The translations under genes were made by a program, and so were the position numbers. The notes under the pieces were generated by a model. That model was not told where the DNA came from. It did not search any database and saw only the letters and a program-made list of their open reading frames with translations. DNA of 46,877 nucleotides from Neoconidiobolus thromboides FSU 785 (Eukaryota > Fungi > Entomophthoromycota): the NCBI GenBank assembly GCA_025603075.1, contig MU626415.1:1-46877 (forward strand), in the 5' to 3' direction. This document shows positions 1 to 9,864 of the stretch, piece by piece (position 1 is the stretch's first letter; every line of letters begins with the position of its first letter).

Positions 1-768
1 ATCTCCTGACATAGTCCAACAAACATTGTTTCCTGGTTCACCAAAGTAAGAACCCTTAGCACCATCATCACACTTAAGATAGTATGAGTCAGCTGGTGGA
101 CATGTTGGTGGTTTGGTAGGTTGTGGGCAAGTAGTGATATTAATCTCTCCAGTTGAACATACACCTTTAACTGGAGCTCTACATGTGTAAGCATCAGCTT
201 TTCCGCCCCAACAATCGTTACCATCAGTTTTACCGAAAGTATGTGTCTTTCCATCTAAACCAGTACAAGTAGTTTCTGGTTTTTCCTTTGGTGGACATGG
301 AGGAGGAGTAGGTTTAATGTATTTTTTAGGACAAGTTGAGATATCTTTTTCATTAATAGCACATTTATCATTAGTCTTTGGACCACATTTCCATTTGCGT
401 CCACTCTTTTTCCAACATACATTATCGCCATAGTCATAGAAGCTAGATTTGCCACCAGAATTCGTAGTACATTCTATATCTGCAGAGTTTCTTGGTGGGC
501 ATGCTGGCATTGGTTCTTCACACTCTTCTTTGACGTTAGAGTAACCTTCAGCACACATACCATCTTTACCAATAAAACTACAAGACCAATTTGCATCGCC
601 TTCCATCCAACATTCTGGACCTCCAACCATATCATAATTATAGGTACTTCCATTTAAAGTACAGGTGTCCCCATCTAATGGACAATTGGCTTCGTCATAA
701 TACCCCTTAGCAGAAACAGCCAGTGCTCCTAGGAGTGCAGCAATTAATGGATTATTAATTGATTTCAT
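1..768 (-). CDS. Secreted cysteine-rich tandem-repeat protein, paralogue of 4112..5371; 3' end runs off the window
   Basis: Manual translation from the ATG at 768 is open for 256 codons to base 1: MKSINNPLIAALLGALAVSAKGYYDEANCPLDGDTC...CWMEGDANWSC...CPPKEKPETTCTGLDGKTHT...CPPADSYYLKC...NNVCWTMSGD. It has a hydrophobic signal peptide and at least 3.5 six-Cys repeats. The ORF track omits it because there is no stop in the window. TATAAAAAGGG lies on the minus strand at 843..853. Confidence 0.9.
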   Translation of the reverse strand, partial: MKSINNPLIAALLGALAVSAKGYYDEANCPLDGDTCTLNGSTYNYDMVGGPECWMEGDANWSCSFIGKDGMCAEGYSNVKEECEEPMPACPPRNSADIECTTNSGGKSSFYDYGDNVCWKKSGRKWKCGPKTNDKCAINEKDISTCPKKYIKPTPPPCPPKEKPETTCTGLDGKTHTFGKTDGNDCWGGKADAYTCRAPVKGVCSTGEINITTCPQPTKPPTCPPADSYYLKCDDGAKGSYFGEPGNNVCWTMSGD

Positions 769-3700
769 TCTAAATTAAGGGAATAAATTATACAGATACA
801 CAGTACCAATCCCACTTTTAAGCAATAAATGTTGTAAAGTTGCCCTTTTTATACTTTTTTTGCTTGACATTTTACTATTTGGTTGATTTTAACGCTCTTT
901 CCCATTAAGTTACCAATAAAGATAAATTTAGTGTAATTGAAAAGTTGATCATTTTAAATTTCAGTTTTCTGTCTATCAAATAAGTTTATTAAAAATTTGT
1001 ATGAAGATCTTTCTATTACTATAGAAAATAGCCCCCCATCAAATGTGCCAAAAAATAGGAATAATAAATTTAAATAAACTTAGCGATCTTTTTTTTTATG
1101 GCTCTTTTTTGGTAAATGATAGCTCAGGATATTACAGTAACCACAGCCGTTAGATACTAATTATTCTTTAAATGTTAGTAATTTGTTACGCAATAAAAAA
1201 TATAATGTAGTTTGGATTCAGTTTTAGATATTGTTAAAAATACACACATTAAATGTAATTAACTGTTCTTTGATTTTAATATATTATATAATAGCACAAG
1301 AATTGTCATTGCGTCTAAATTGTATTAAATTAAATTGTATAAGGTATACAGCTTTAGTTCTATTTCTTTTTTATTTAACATATTTTAGTGTTATACCATT
1401 GATTTATTTAAATCTCTTATTAAAGCTTAAAAAATATGTACAATTAGCTTTTAGGGTACCTTTTGGAATTTTTAAAACTATCAGTAAATATTAAAGCTGA
1501 TCTTAAATAACTTGATTTTTTAAGTAAAAGCAATTGATTGCAATAACAAATATCTTTTACGTTTAAAATCAAACATTGTTTTAGAGTAAGTATACTTTGA
1601 TTTTCCAATTCTATACCTTTGTCATCAATTCTCATCAAAAAACAGCTATAATGAGAAACCCTCAAATAAGTAAAATAATTAAAATTGAACTAAAGTACTG
1701 TCCAACTTAGATAGTGCTATTTGTGATTCAGTTCGTTTGGATAAATCGCGACCTACTTAGCAATAGCTTTTATAACAAATAGCTTGATTAAAGTATGTTT
1801 TTAAGGCTTGGACATGAGATTTAACTTAATTTTATTAAAATTTATTCTCAAATGAACGGTTAAATGAATCTCATTTTACTCAAATTATCTTTACATGAAT
1901 TTCAAAATGTCAAAATAATTTAAAGTCCTTTATTAAAACCAAGTTGTTGTGAAGTTGTCAGATCTTTATTTTAAAGACTAACTTTTTAAATCTAAATTTG
2001 TTTCAAGACTTTACGATTTTAATGTAATTTAAAATTGTTGTTAATCACTGTTTGAAAAATGGTTCGATACGAAATAAAGCCATATTTTAAAAAAATCCCA
2101 CTCAGGATATTTCTAGTTACACCACTTGTGGCTGGCCTCTAGACTTCATAATTCTTTAAAGCTAGCATTTTATATAATATGCTGCTCTTTTAAAAACTCA
2201 AGGTGAATCCAGTATATTTTATTCAAAAGCGAAATATTTAATGAGGGTATTAGTAATTTTTTAAGGCTTCCAAGATAGAATTACATCTTGTAATAAAATG
2301 TCAATTCAAGCGATTTTTTTTTCTGAATGTATAAATTTATTGATGTTAGTACATTTTTGATTTTTGATTTTAAAAAAAATCTGCAGCTAAGCCACTCCTA
2401 ATATCTAGATCTGAATATTGTTTTATCTGGTTTAAGCTACTTTTCACCTGCTGCTAGGAACACCTATAAAACATAAGTTTCCGATTAAAGTGCTATACAT
2501 TGCTATATCTAAGGTTTTGGATTTCATTTGATATAATCTATATTTATATAATGTCTTCAACCTACCATGACTATAACAAGAAAAAAGTGCAATCAAACTG
2601 TAATAAAATAATTCGATTATCGTTGAAAATAAAAATAGGGAAAATCAAAACATTGTAGTAAAATTAAAATAATTGCGGTTAAAACTGTAATATTTTTGCT
2701 ATAACCATGATTAGTTGAAAATACTAATTTTAAACTATTGTGATTATTTTTTTCTAGTTTTTTTGGTAATTATAAATTTATTAAATATTTATTCGTTTTT
2801 AAGGTATAAAAATAATACTTATTGATGCTACAATAACCCTACAAGTGATGTAAACTCTTCGATTATTAGCCATTTCTAGGTATTGCTATTATAGTAACTA
2901 CCATTGTACCGAAGGATATTAGTCCAATACTCTAATTTTGATATTACACAAATATTATAGTGGTAAAAGGAATATTTTTATTATAAATTAAATATTTTGA
3001 AATAGTTTTTAAAAAACAAGTAGACGTTATAGATATGGTATTGTACTTTATTTGAAAATTCAAAACACAGAGTATAAACAATACTTGACTATAAAGACAG
3101 CTTTACTTAAAGTACTTTAAGAACTTAAATGTTGGTAGGATAGAATTGAAAATACTATACTAAAAATATGATTTTATTATAGTCGAATAAAACCTTCACT
3201 CGCTCACCTGTTGCATCCACTTACCTATGTGCATTATTATCTTTATCCTCTTTCATTATACACTCATAATCTTAACGTTTGAAGCTTTACATTTTAAATT
3301 TTTTTAAAAAACATTCAAAAAATCCTAAAACTACAAATGAGATTTTAATTTGTGTATTTCAAATAGTTGACATAAATATTTTTATGAATCTTTCTAAGTT
3401 TCATCGTTTTGGTTACATTTTATAATATAATGCTCTTCCTTTATGTATTTGTTGTGATATACTTTTATTCTATTCTATCTTAAGTTATTAAATTTGACAT
3501 TTAAATATTCAATATTAATAATCTTTTTTAACTTGTAGAATAAAACTTTCAACAAAACAACAAACTTGACTCATTTTCAAAAGTATGATTTTGTTAATAT
3601 TTGAAGATTATAGATAATAAAAATCTTTTGTGAAGTAGCAGCAATATTTACAGATAAGTATTTGTCAAACTGATTTCTCCAATTTAATTCTAGTATTTTC

Positions 3701-4111
3701 GGCAGAATTTCAACATAAAATTTACTTCAATAAATGGCTAATAATTTTACAAAAATTGGTTCAGCTGTGTTCCAATTTTGGACTGATTTTCCTTTGATTC
3801 TTTAGCATTTTGGTTTGATCATTAATTGAAGTGAGAATCAATACCGTTGATCAATTTTAACTATCTTTTAACATTTTGTTAAGATCAAGTTATAATAAGA
3901 AATAAAGAGAGCGAAATAGCTGATTTTAAAAAAATAAAAGACTATTTTCATAAGTGATAAACTAATTGGATTATCATTAAAAATCAAAATTTCAAAAGTG
4001 GCTCATTAAAATATATGTTATAGTCTATTTTGAAATTGTTCTCCTTTGTTTTTACTATTACTTTCTTAATTCTGTAGATATTGACTATCTATTATATTTT
4101 TTATTTTAAGA

Positions 4112-5371
4112 ATGCGTTCCTACTGTAGTTTATTACTTTTAAATGTTTTGTTGGGGGTAAAAGCTGGGGATTATAACAGTGTTTCTTGTCCACCAGTAGG
4201 TGCTACTTGTAAGTACCAAGATGATGTTTTCAACTTAACAAATCAAACTACTCCTCCATGCTGGAAGGGTGATGGCGAGGATGGTTACGATTGTATTCCA
4301 TTAGAAAGTGATGGCGAATGTAATGAAGGCTACATTAATATAGTGCAATCTTGTAAAAAAATTGATCCACCTAGTTGTCCAGCTAAGGATCAAGGAAACT
4401 TATCATGCAAGGCTCATGGATTAATTTCCGATACTACTGCATCTTCACCTGGGGCTAACATATGCTGGTATAAAGATGATAATGATTCCTGGAAATGTTT
4501 ACCAACTATAGATAACAATGAATGTGGTGAAGGACAATTAGACATAACTACTTGTAAGTTTGATGAACAAAAAGATGAAGCACCTAAATGTCCACCAAAA
4601 GACAAACCTTCCACTCAATGTACTGGTGACAATGGGAAAACTTATACTTTATTTAGACCTGGTAAATTCCATTGTTGGACTTTTAAAGAAGACAAATGGA
4701 GTTGTACCTCTAAAAGTTTTGGTACATGTGACAAAAATGCTTTGGATATATCTACTTGTGAAGTAGAAAATCCAGCGCCATCATGTCCTGAAGAAAAATA
4801 CTATAATTTAAGATGTAAGAATGTCAAATCTGGCGAAACTTATATTGCAGGCAGCCCACAAGAGTACGTCTGTTGGGCCAAAAATCGTAAGCAAAGCAAC
4901 GAATGGGGATGTACTAAAAAATCAGATAATGGTGAATGTAAAGATAGTCAATTAGATATTAGTGCTTGTACATTTTCAAAACCAAAGGAACCTTGTTTAC
5001 CAAGAGAAAGTAAATGCACTTATAAAAACAAAGAGTATACTATCTTCGATCCAACAGCTCCTAAATGTTGGAAAAAGACAGATTATGGATACGAATGCTA
5101 TTTACGTAAAGAGAAGGAGGTTTTGTGTCCATCAGGATTTACTGATGTAAAAGTTTGTTATCCTAAATGTCCCAAACAGACAGCTACCTGTGATACTATC
5201 AACGATACTTATTCTCCATTGAGAGCTCTTTCTTCTTTAGACCCTGAGGCTTTGTGCTGGGATCCATCTAATGGTAATGATGATCCATTATCATTTAATT
5301 GCTTCAACAAAATCAAAGGAATCTGTCCATTAGGATCAGCCGACATATCTCAATGCGGTGCTAAATATTAA
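4112..5371 (+). CDS. Secreted cysteine-rich protein with six 6-Cys repeats of about 60-70 aa, 419 aa, intronless
   Basis: Signal peptide MRSYCSLLLLNVLLGVKA is followed by six units C-x6/9-C-x(16-21)-CW-x-C-x-C-x5-(D/N)I-x-x-C (36 Cys), separated by Pro/Lys-rich linkers. Confidence 0.92.
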   Translation: MRSYCSLLLLNVLLGVKAGDYNSVSCPPVGATCKYQDDVFNLTNQTTPPCWKGDGEDGYDCIPLESDGECNEGYINIVQSCKKIDPPSCPAKDQGNLSCKAHGLISDTTASSPGANICWYKDDNDSWKCLPTIDNNECGEGQLDITTCKFDEQKDEAPKCPPKDKPSTQCTGDNGKTYTLFRPGKFHCWTFKEDKWSCTSKSFGTCDKNALDISTCEVENPAPSCPEEKYYNLRCKNVKSGETYIAGSPQEYVCWAKNRKQSNEWGCTKKSDNGECKDSQLDISACTFSKPKEPCLPRESKCTYKNKEYTIFDPTAPKCWKKTDYGYECYLRKEKEVLCPSGFTDVKVCYPKCPKQTATCDTINDTYSPLRALSSLDPEALCWDPSNGNDDPLSFNCFNKIKGICPLGSADISQCGAKY

Positions 5372-6563
5372 ATGAACTTATTTTTAAAAAGGAATAAACT
5401 AAAATTCAAAATATTGTATTCTATTAAACTATTAGTCTTTTGGTTCATTTTATAAAATCATGACAATCAAGGAAAACATAAGTTGCTTTATTTTTACCTA
5501 AAATAAACTAAAGTAATTATTAATATCCTATTAAAAAATAGATCTCAATGACAGTGTTCATTAAGTCAAAATATATGTTCAAAATGATTGAAGGGCGCCG
5601 AGTTATTAGCAACAACAGAAAAGAACAGTTGAAAATAAACTTCAGTGCAAGCCCCTTCCACCTTTTAAGCTAAACAGTCGTAAACAAGAAGAGAAGCTAC
5701 TTGTGTTAATAAAGCTTTTTGTTTGGAAAGACGAATCCAAGGTAAGAGGAGATAATAGTGGGAGCCAAAAATAAGCTTATTATACTACTGGTTAATGGGC
5801 TAAGTTATAAAAACAACTAATAAAAAAAAAACAAGATTTGAACAAGGACGAAAAAGGCTTGGGATAAAAAAGCGATATAGATATCAAATGCTTTCAGGAA
5901 CATTAGGAATTCTCAAAGGTTGAAGAACAAGATGATTAAATCGTTTGAATATAAAAACAGGTAGAAAGCGATGAGCAGGAGTACTCAGAATAATAACGTA
6001 AGTAAGTAGAGACGATAATACTATCAGATATAGAGATGTGTAGCAGAAACTTGAATACCATAAGTAGCTTATCGTAAGCTAGTTTTCAGCTTAAGATATA
6101 AAACTTAACTGTATGAGCGATAAATATTCCAAAAGCCAACATTAACGTCAGGAGGAATTATTTCAAAGTATAGATCGAAATAAAATGAATGAAAATAAAA
6201 AACATTAAATATGTAATCATAAACTTCAATATATTATAAATGGCTTATTACTAATAAAATAAGGTTATTTAAAGTTTTTTAGTTATTTTTAATTCTAAAT
6301 ATATATTGTTGAATAGAATAGGTTAAATGTTTTGCTTCTTTACTTTTTTCATATTACACCTTATTTGTTGTATTAGAATTACAAAAATATTGTCAACCCA
6401 AATAATGTAATAGTATGGTTTACTAAATAAATTTAATAACACTTTTAGCATTTATACTAGTAATTTCAAATATCTAAATTTATTTTTAGGCTCAAAAAAT
6501 CAAATTATATATTCGCTATTAAAGTTTCGAAAATTAAATTTCAAGTTATCGTCATATTTATTT

Positions 6564-7421
6564 TTAATCAAAAAGTTTACGTGGTACTTCTGAATCAATG
6601 TAAGAAGGTAATGGGATATTTAAAGCCTTTAAAGTGATAGCAAAGATATCCATATTACGAACAGAATTGTCTAATTTTTTTGGAGAAATACCAGGTCCAG
6701 AAGCACCAAATAAGACTTGGGTTTCTGCCTTTGAATTTCCACCATGTCCTTTACCAACACCACCATGATCAGCAGTCATTAAAATTAGAGTTGAGTCTCT
6801 TAACTTAGCTTCTTCAAGCTTGGCTAATATTTTCCCAATATAACTATCGACTAATTTATATTCTGCAATATACTCCTTACTTAACCATCCTTTACTATGC
6901 CCAGTTTCGTCAATATCACCAAAATAGACAAACATAAATTTGGAGTTTTTGCCACGTGTGGTAATATAATCTAAACTTGAGGTAAAAACAGTTGTATCGT
7001 TAGAAGTCACTTTGTCTAATTTTAAGCCTTCTTCGGTAAGACCTTTGTTTAATGGAGCCCAAGAGACAATGGAAGCAATGGTAGCATTAGGATCATGATT
7101 TAAGATAGTTTTAAAAACAGTTGGGTACTCATTCTTATTATAATAGTGGTCATTAATGTTACCATTAGTAACGCCATGTCGTTCTGGAGTTACTCCAGTT
7201 AGCATAGAACCCCAATTTTGACCTGACCAAGTTGGTTTCATGGCTTGAGCATTGCTAGTATAAGCACCAGACGCAAGGAGTTTATGAATGTTTGGAGTTT
7301 CAATTTGTTGGTAAAAATTACCAGCACCATCTAAACCGATAAAGAGGACTCTTTCAATTTTACTGCTTTCAATAGCGTTAAAGCACAATAAACTGGAAAC
7401 TAAAATATTAGCGACTTTCAT
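6564..7421 (-). CDS. Secreted alkaline phosphatase superfamily enzyme (type I phosphodiesterase/nucleotide pyrophosphatase-like), intronless
   Basis: N-terminal signal peptide. Metal/catalytic motifs are FIGLDG, PTWSGQNWGSMLTG (Ser nucleophile position), DIDETGH, TADHGG and GHGG. Confidence 0.88.
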   Translation of the reverse strand: MKVANILVSSLLCFNAIESSKIERVLFIGLDGAGNFYQQIETPNIHKLLASGAYTSNAQAMKPTWSGQNWGSMLTGVTPERHGVTNGNINDHYYNKNEYPTVFKTILNHDPNATIASIVSWAPLNKGLTEEGLKLDKVTSNDTTVFTSSLDYITTRGKNSKFMFVYFGDIDETGHSKGWLSKEYIAEYKLVDSYIGKILAKLEEAKLRDSTLILMTADHGGVGKGHGGNSKAETQVLFGASGPGISPKKLDNSVRNMDIFAITLKALNIPLPSYIDSEVPRKLFD

Positions 7422-7471
7422 ATCTAATTGGAATTAAACCTTTAGGTTAATTATTTGGTCTAATTTATTCT

Positions 7472-7500
7472 CCTTTTTATATCTTATCAACCGCACGTGG
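7472..7500 (-). promoter_or_regulatory. TATA box plus CACGTG E-box (Pho4/NUC-1-type element) upstream of the phosphodiesterase gene
   Basis: The minus strand reads TATAAAAAGG at 7472..7481, 51-60 bp upstream of the ATG. GCACGTGG is at 7493..7500. The assignment to a particular factor is inference. Confidence 0.5.
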
Positions 7501-8260
7501 ATTTACTATTTCGAATTTGTGCATTCATGTCAAAATGGTAGAGCTAACTTTATCTCTAGCTGACTAAAATCAAGATGTAATATTACATTTTTGTATTTAT
7601 GTGAAATAGAATAATAATGACAATTATAATTTAGATTAGAATAAACCAGACTTTTATTATTGTATTTGTAAAAAAACCTCAATAAATATTGCTCTTACTC
7701 TTTTAATAGTCAAATTCTATTGTATGATCCAGAAGCGTCATTCAAACTTTTACTTTACTGTGTACATGATTTCTTTTCCTTATCTTAATATTATTATTGT
7801 GTTTTACTTTTCATTAATCTGTTTTTTCATTATCTACATTTCTATATACTTTATTATTTTTAGAATATTAAGTCACCCAACAATATTGATTGAACAAATC
7901 AAATTTAAAAGCATAGCATGCAAGATTGTTATTATTTTCAATTATTAAATTTAATGTATAAATGCCAATTAAAGAACAATAAATAGATATTAAAAACCAA
8001 CAAAGCGTATGTAGTACAATTATAGTTATCAAAGCAACCGGGTTATATTTATATTTAAATATTTTTACAATAGTGATTTAACAAATCAAATTTACAAACC
8101 AAAGCATGGAACATAGCTGTTATCTTGGATTGTTATATTTACTGTATAAATACCGATTAAAGAATAACAAATAAATGTTTAAATACACAACATACTATAG
8201 TAATTACAATTACAATTGTTAAACCAGTGCAAGTATTTTATTTTATTGTTTTTTACTATT

Positions 8261-8356
8261 TGGGGATGTGTTTTTATTTAACAATTTTACTAACAATTTT
8301 CCACTTAAATAGCGCTTAGAAGAAAGAAGAGTGCTGAAGTCAAAAAAACACCCCCA
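8261..8356 (+). mobile_element. MITE copy A
   Basis: TGGGGATGTGTTTTT...TTTTACTAACAATTTTCCACTTAAATAGCGCTT...AAAAAAACACCCCCA, with terminal inverted repeats. Confidence 0.8.
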
Positions 8357-8642
8357 TATGATAGAGTAAAATCAATAATCAATAAAGCAAAGTAAGTTTT
8401 TTAAATTTAAAATGATAACAATTAAAGCTTTATTTCCTGTTAATATTGTATGCTAGTATATATGCTATAACAAATGTTTTTATGTAAATGTTTTTTATAG
8501 TCAAAGCATTTTATAGTAAATTAATTAAAGCTCATACTTTACAAATAACATTTAAAGTAATATTTATGTTTGACATTATCTGAGTTATTATAAATAATTG
8601 ATGAAAACAATACATGAACTATTTTATCTGATGTTATATAAA

Positions 8643-8743
8643 TGGGGATGTATTTTTTCATTTAATAATTTTACTAACAGTTTTTCCACTTAAATAGCAC
8701 TTAAAAGACGGAAAAAGTAATGAAATAAAAAAAAACATCCCCA
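8643..8743 (+). mobile_element. MITE copy B
   Basis: Perfect TIR cores TGGGGATGT / ACATCCCCA and an internal TTTTTCC...GGAAAAA hairpin. Confidence 0.85.
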
Positions 8744-8892
8744 ATGCTGTCTTGATAGAATTTTTTTAATGTAAGAAATTAGGGTATAAAAAAATAATAG
8801 TGATAATTGCGTGCTTTTTAAAAATAATATTAGCTTTTAATTGTACATTTCTTTTTCATTTAAACAAAAAATACATCCGTATATATTATATA

Positions 8893-8993
8893 AAGGAACG
8901 TTTTTTTTAGTTTCATTACTTTTTCCATCTTTTAAGTGCTATTTAAGTGGAAAAACTGTTAGTAAAATTATTAAATGAAAAAATGCATCCCCA
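8893..8993 (-). mobile_element. MITE copy C, inverted and nearly identical to copy B
   Basis: The reverse complement matches B across the interior. The outer end CATCCCCA is intact and the inner end is decayed (AAGGAACG). Confidence 0.85.
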
Positions 8994-9028
8994 TAATATT
9001 CAAAGTTAAAAAGAAAGCAGAAAAATTT

Positions 9029-9080
9029 GGTTAAGAATTCCACCAACAATTATTCTACTCAAATAGTACTTAAAAAAGTT
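9029..9080 (+). mobile_element. Degenerate internal MITE fragment
   Basis: TTAAGAATTCCACCAACAATTATTCTACTCAAATAGTACTTAAAAAAG aligns to the MITE interior; no TIRs are present. Confidence 0.5.
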
Positions 9081-9093
9081 TATATTTTAAATA

Positions 9094-9190
9094 TGGGAAT
9101 GTATTTTTTTGCTTAATAACTTTACTAACAATTTTTTTGCTCAAATAGGCTTAAAAAATAGAAAAAGTTATGAAACTAAAAAAAAACCCA
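9094..9190 (+). mobile_element. MITE copy E
   Basis: TGGGAATGTATTTTT...TACTAAC...CAAATAG...AAAAAACCCA, flanked by ATAT-type sequence on both sides. Confidence 0.8.
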
Positions 9191-9208
9191 TATAATCAAA
9201 TAACTATA

Positions 9209-9309
9209 TGGGGATGTCTTTTTTTGTTTAAGAATTTTACTAACAATTTTTCCACTCAAACAGCAGTTAAAAGATGGAAAAAGTAATGAAGCCAAAAAAA
9301 ACATCCCCA
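9209..9309 (+). mobile_element. MITE copy F, closest to consensus
   Basis: TA|TGGGGATGTCTTTTT...AAAAAAACATCCCCA|TA. A further right-end fragment follows at about 9347..9370. Confidence 0.88.
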
Positions 9310-9864
9310 TACTATATATATTAATCTTTAAATAATTTATACAGCTATGAAACCAAAAAAAACATCTTCAGTATTTAAAAGATAATACTTTTTTTTCAAA
9401 TTTTTATACAAAATAGCCTTACTCTATAAATTAAATAAATTAAAAGTCATCTTTAGCTTATTTTTATTTACAAAAAAACTGATGAGCTATTTAAAAGTCT
9501 ATACTTTTAACTAATTAAGGAAATTTTATTTTAATTAAATAGGAGTATTGTTTTTTATAAAAAAAAATAGCATAATATTCAATTTTACTTTTGGAATTTT
9601 TAAGTGACTCCCCTATCTTTGCAACAATATCTCAAAAATAATTGATCTAATCACATTGAAACTTTGTACATAATCTTTTTTACACTCATACATCAAGTTT
9701 ATGCAAAAAATTGGATTCTTTAATTAAAGCTGGTCAATCACATGAACTTTTTGACCTCCTTCCGTACATTGATTCATTTCACTTAAATATAATAAAACGT
9801 GATGTACATAAAAAAACTTTAAACATTTTATTTTTAAAATATTAAATTAAAAAAAGCATTCTCA

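Noticed and set aside
255-455. ORF-track 66-aa minus ORF
   Set aside because: It is an alternative frame inside the real Cys-rich CDS 1..768, which the track missed.
1231-7948. Short AT-rich ORFs at 1231..1494, 1444..1665 and 7724..7948
   Set aside because: I/L/F/Y/K-rich translations typical of T/A-tract intergenic DNA, with no motifs or splice support.
8261-9370. Clustered similar repeats as a CRISPR-like array
   Set aside because: The units are about 100 bp with TIRs, in mixed orientation and irregular spacing, in a eukaryotic context with no cas genes. They are MITEs.
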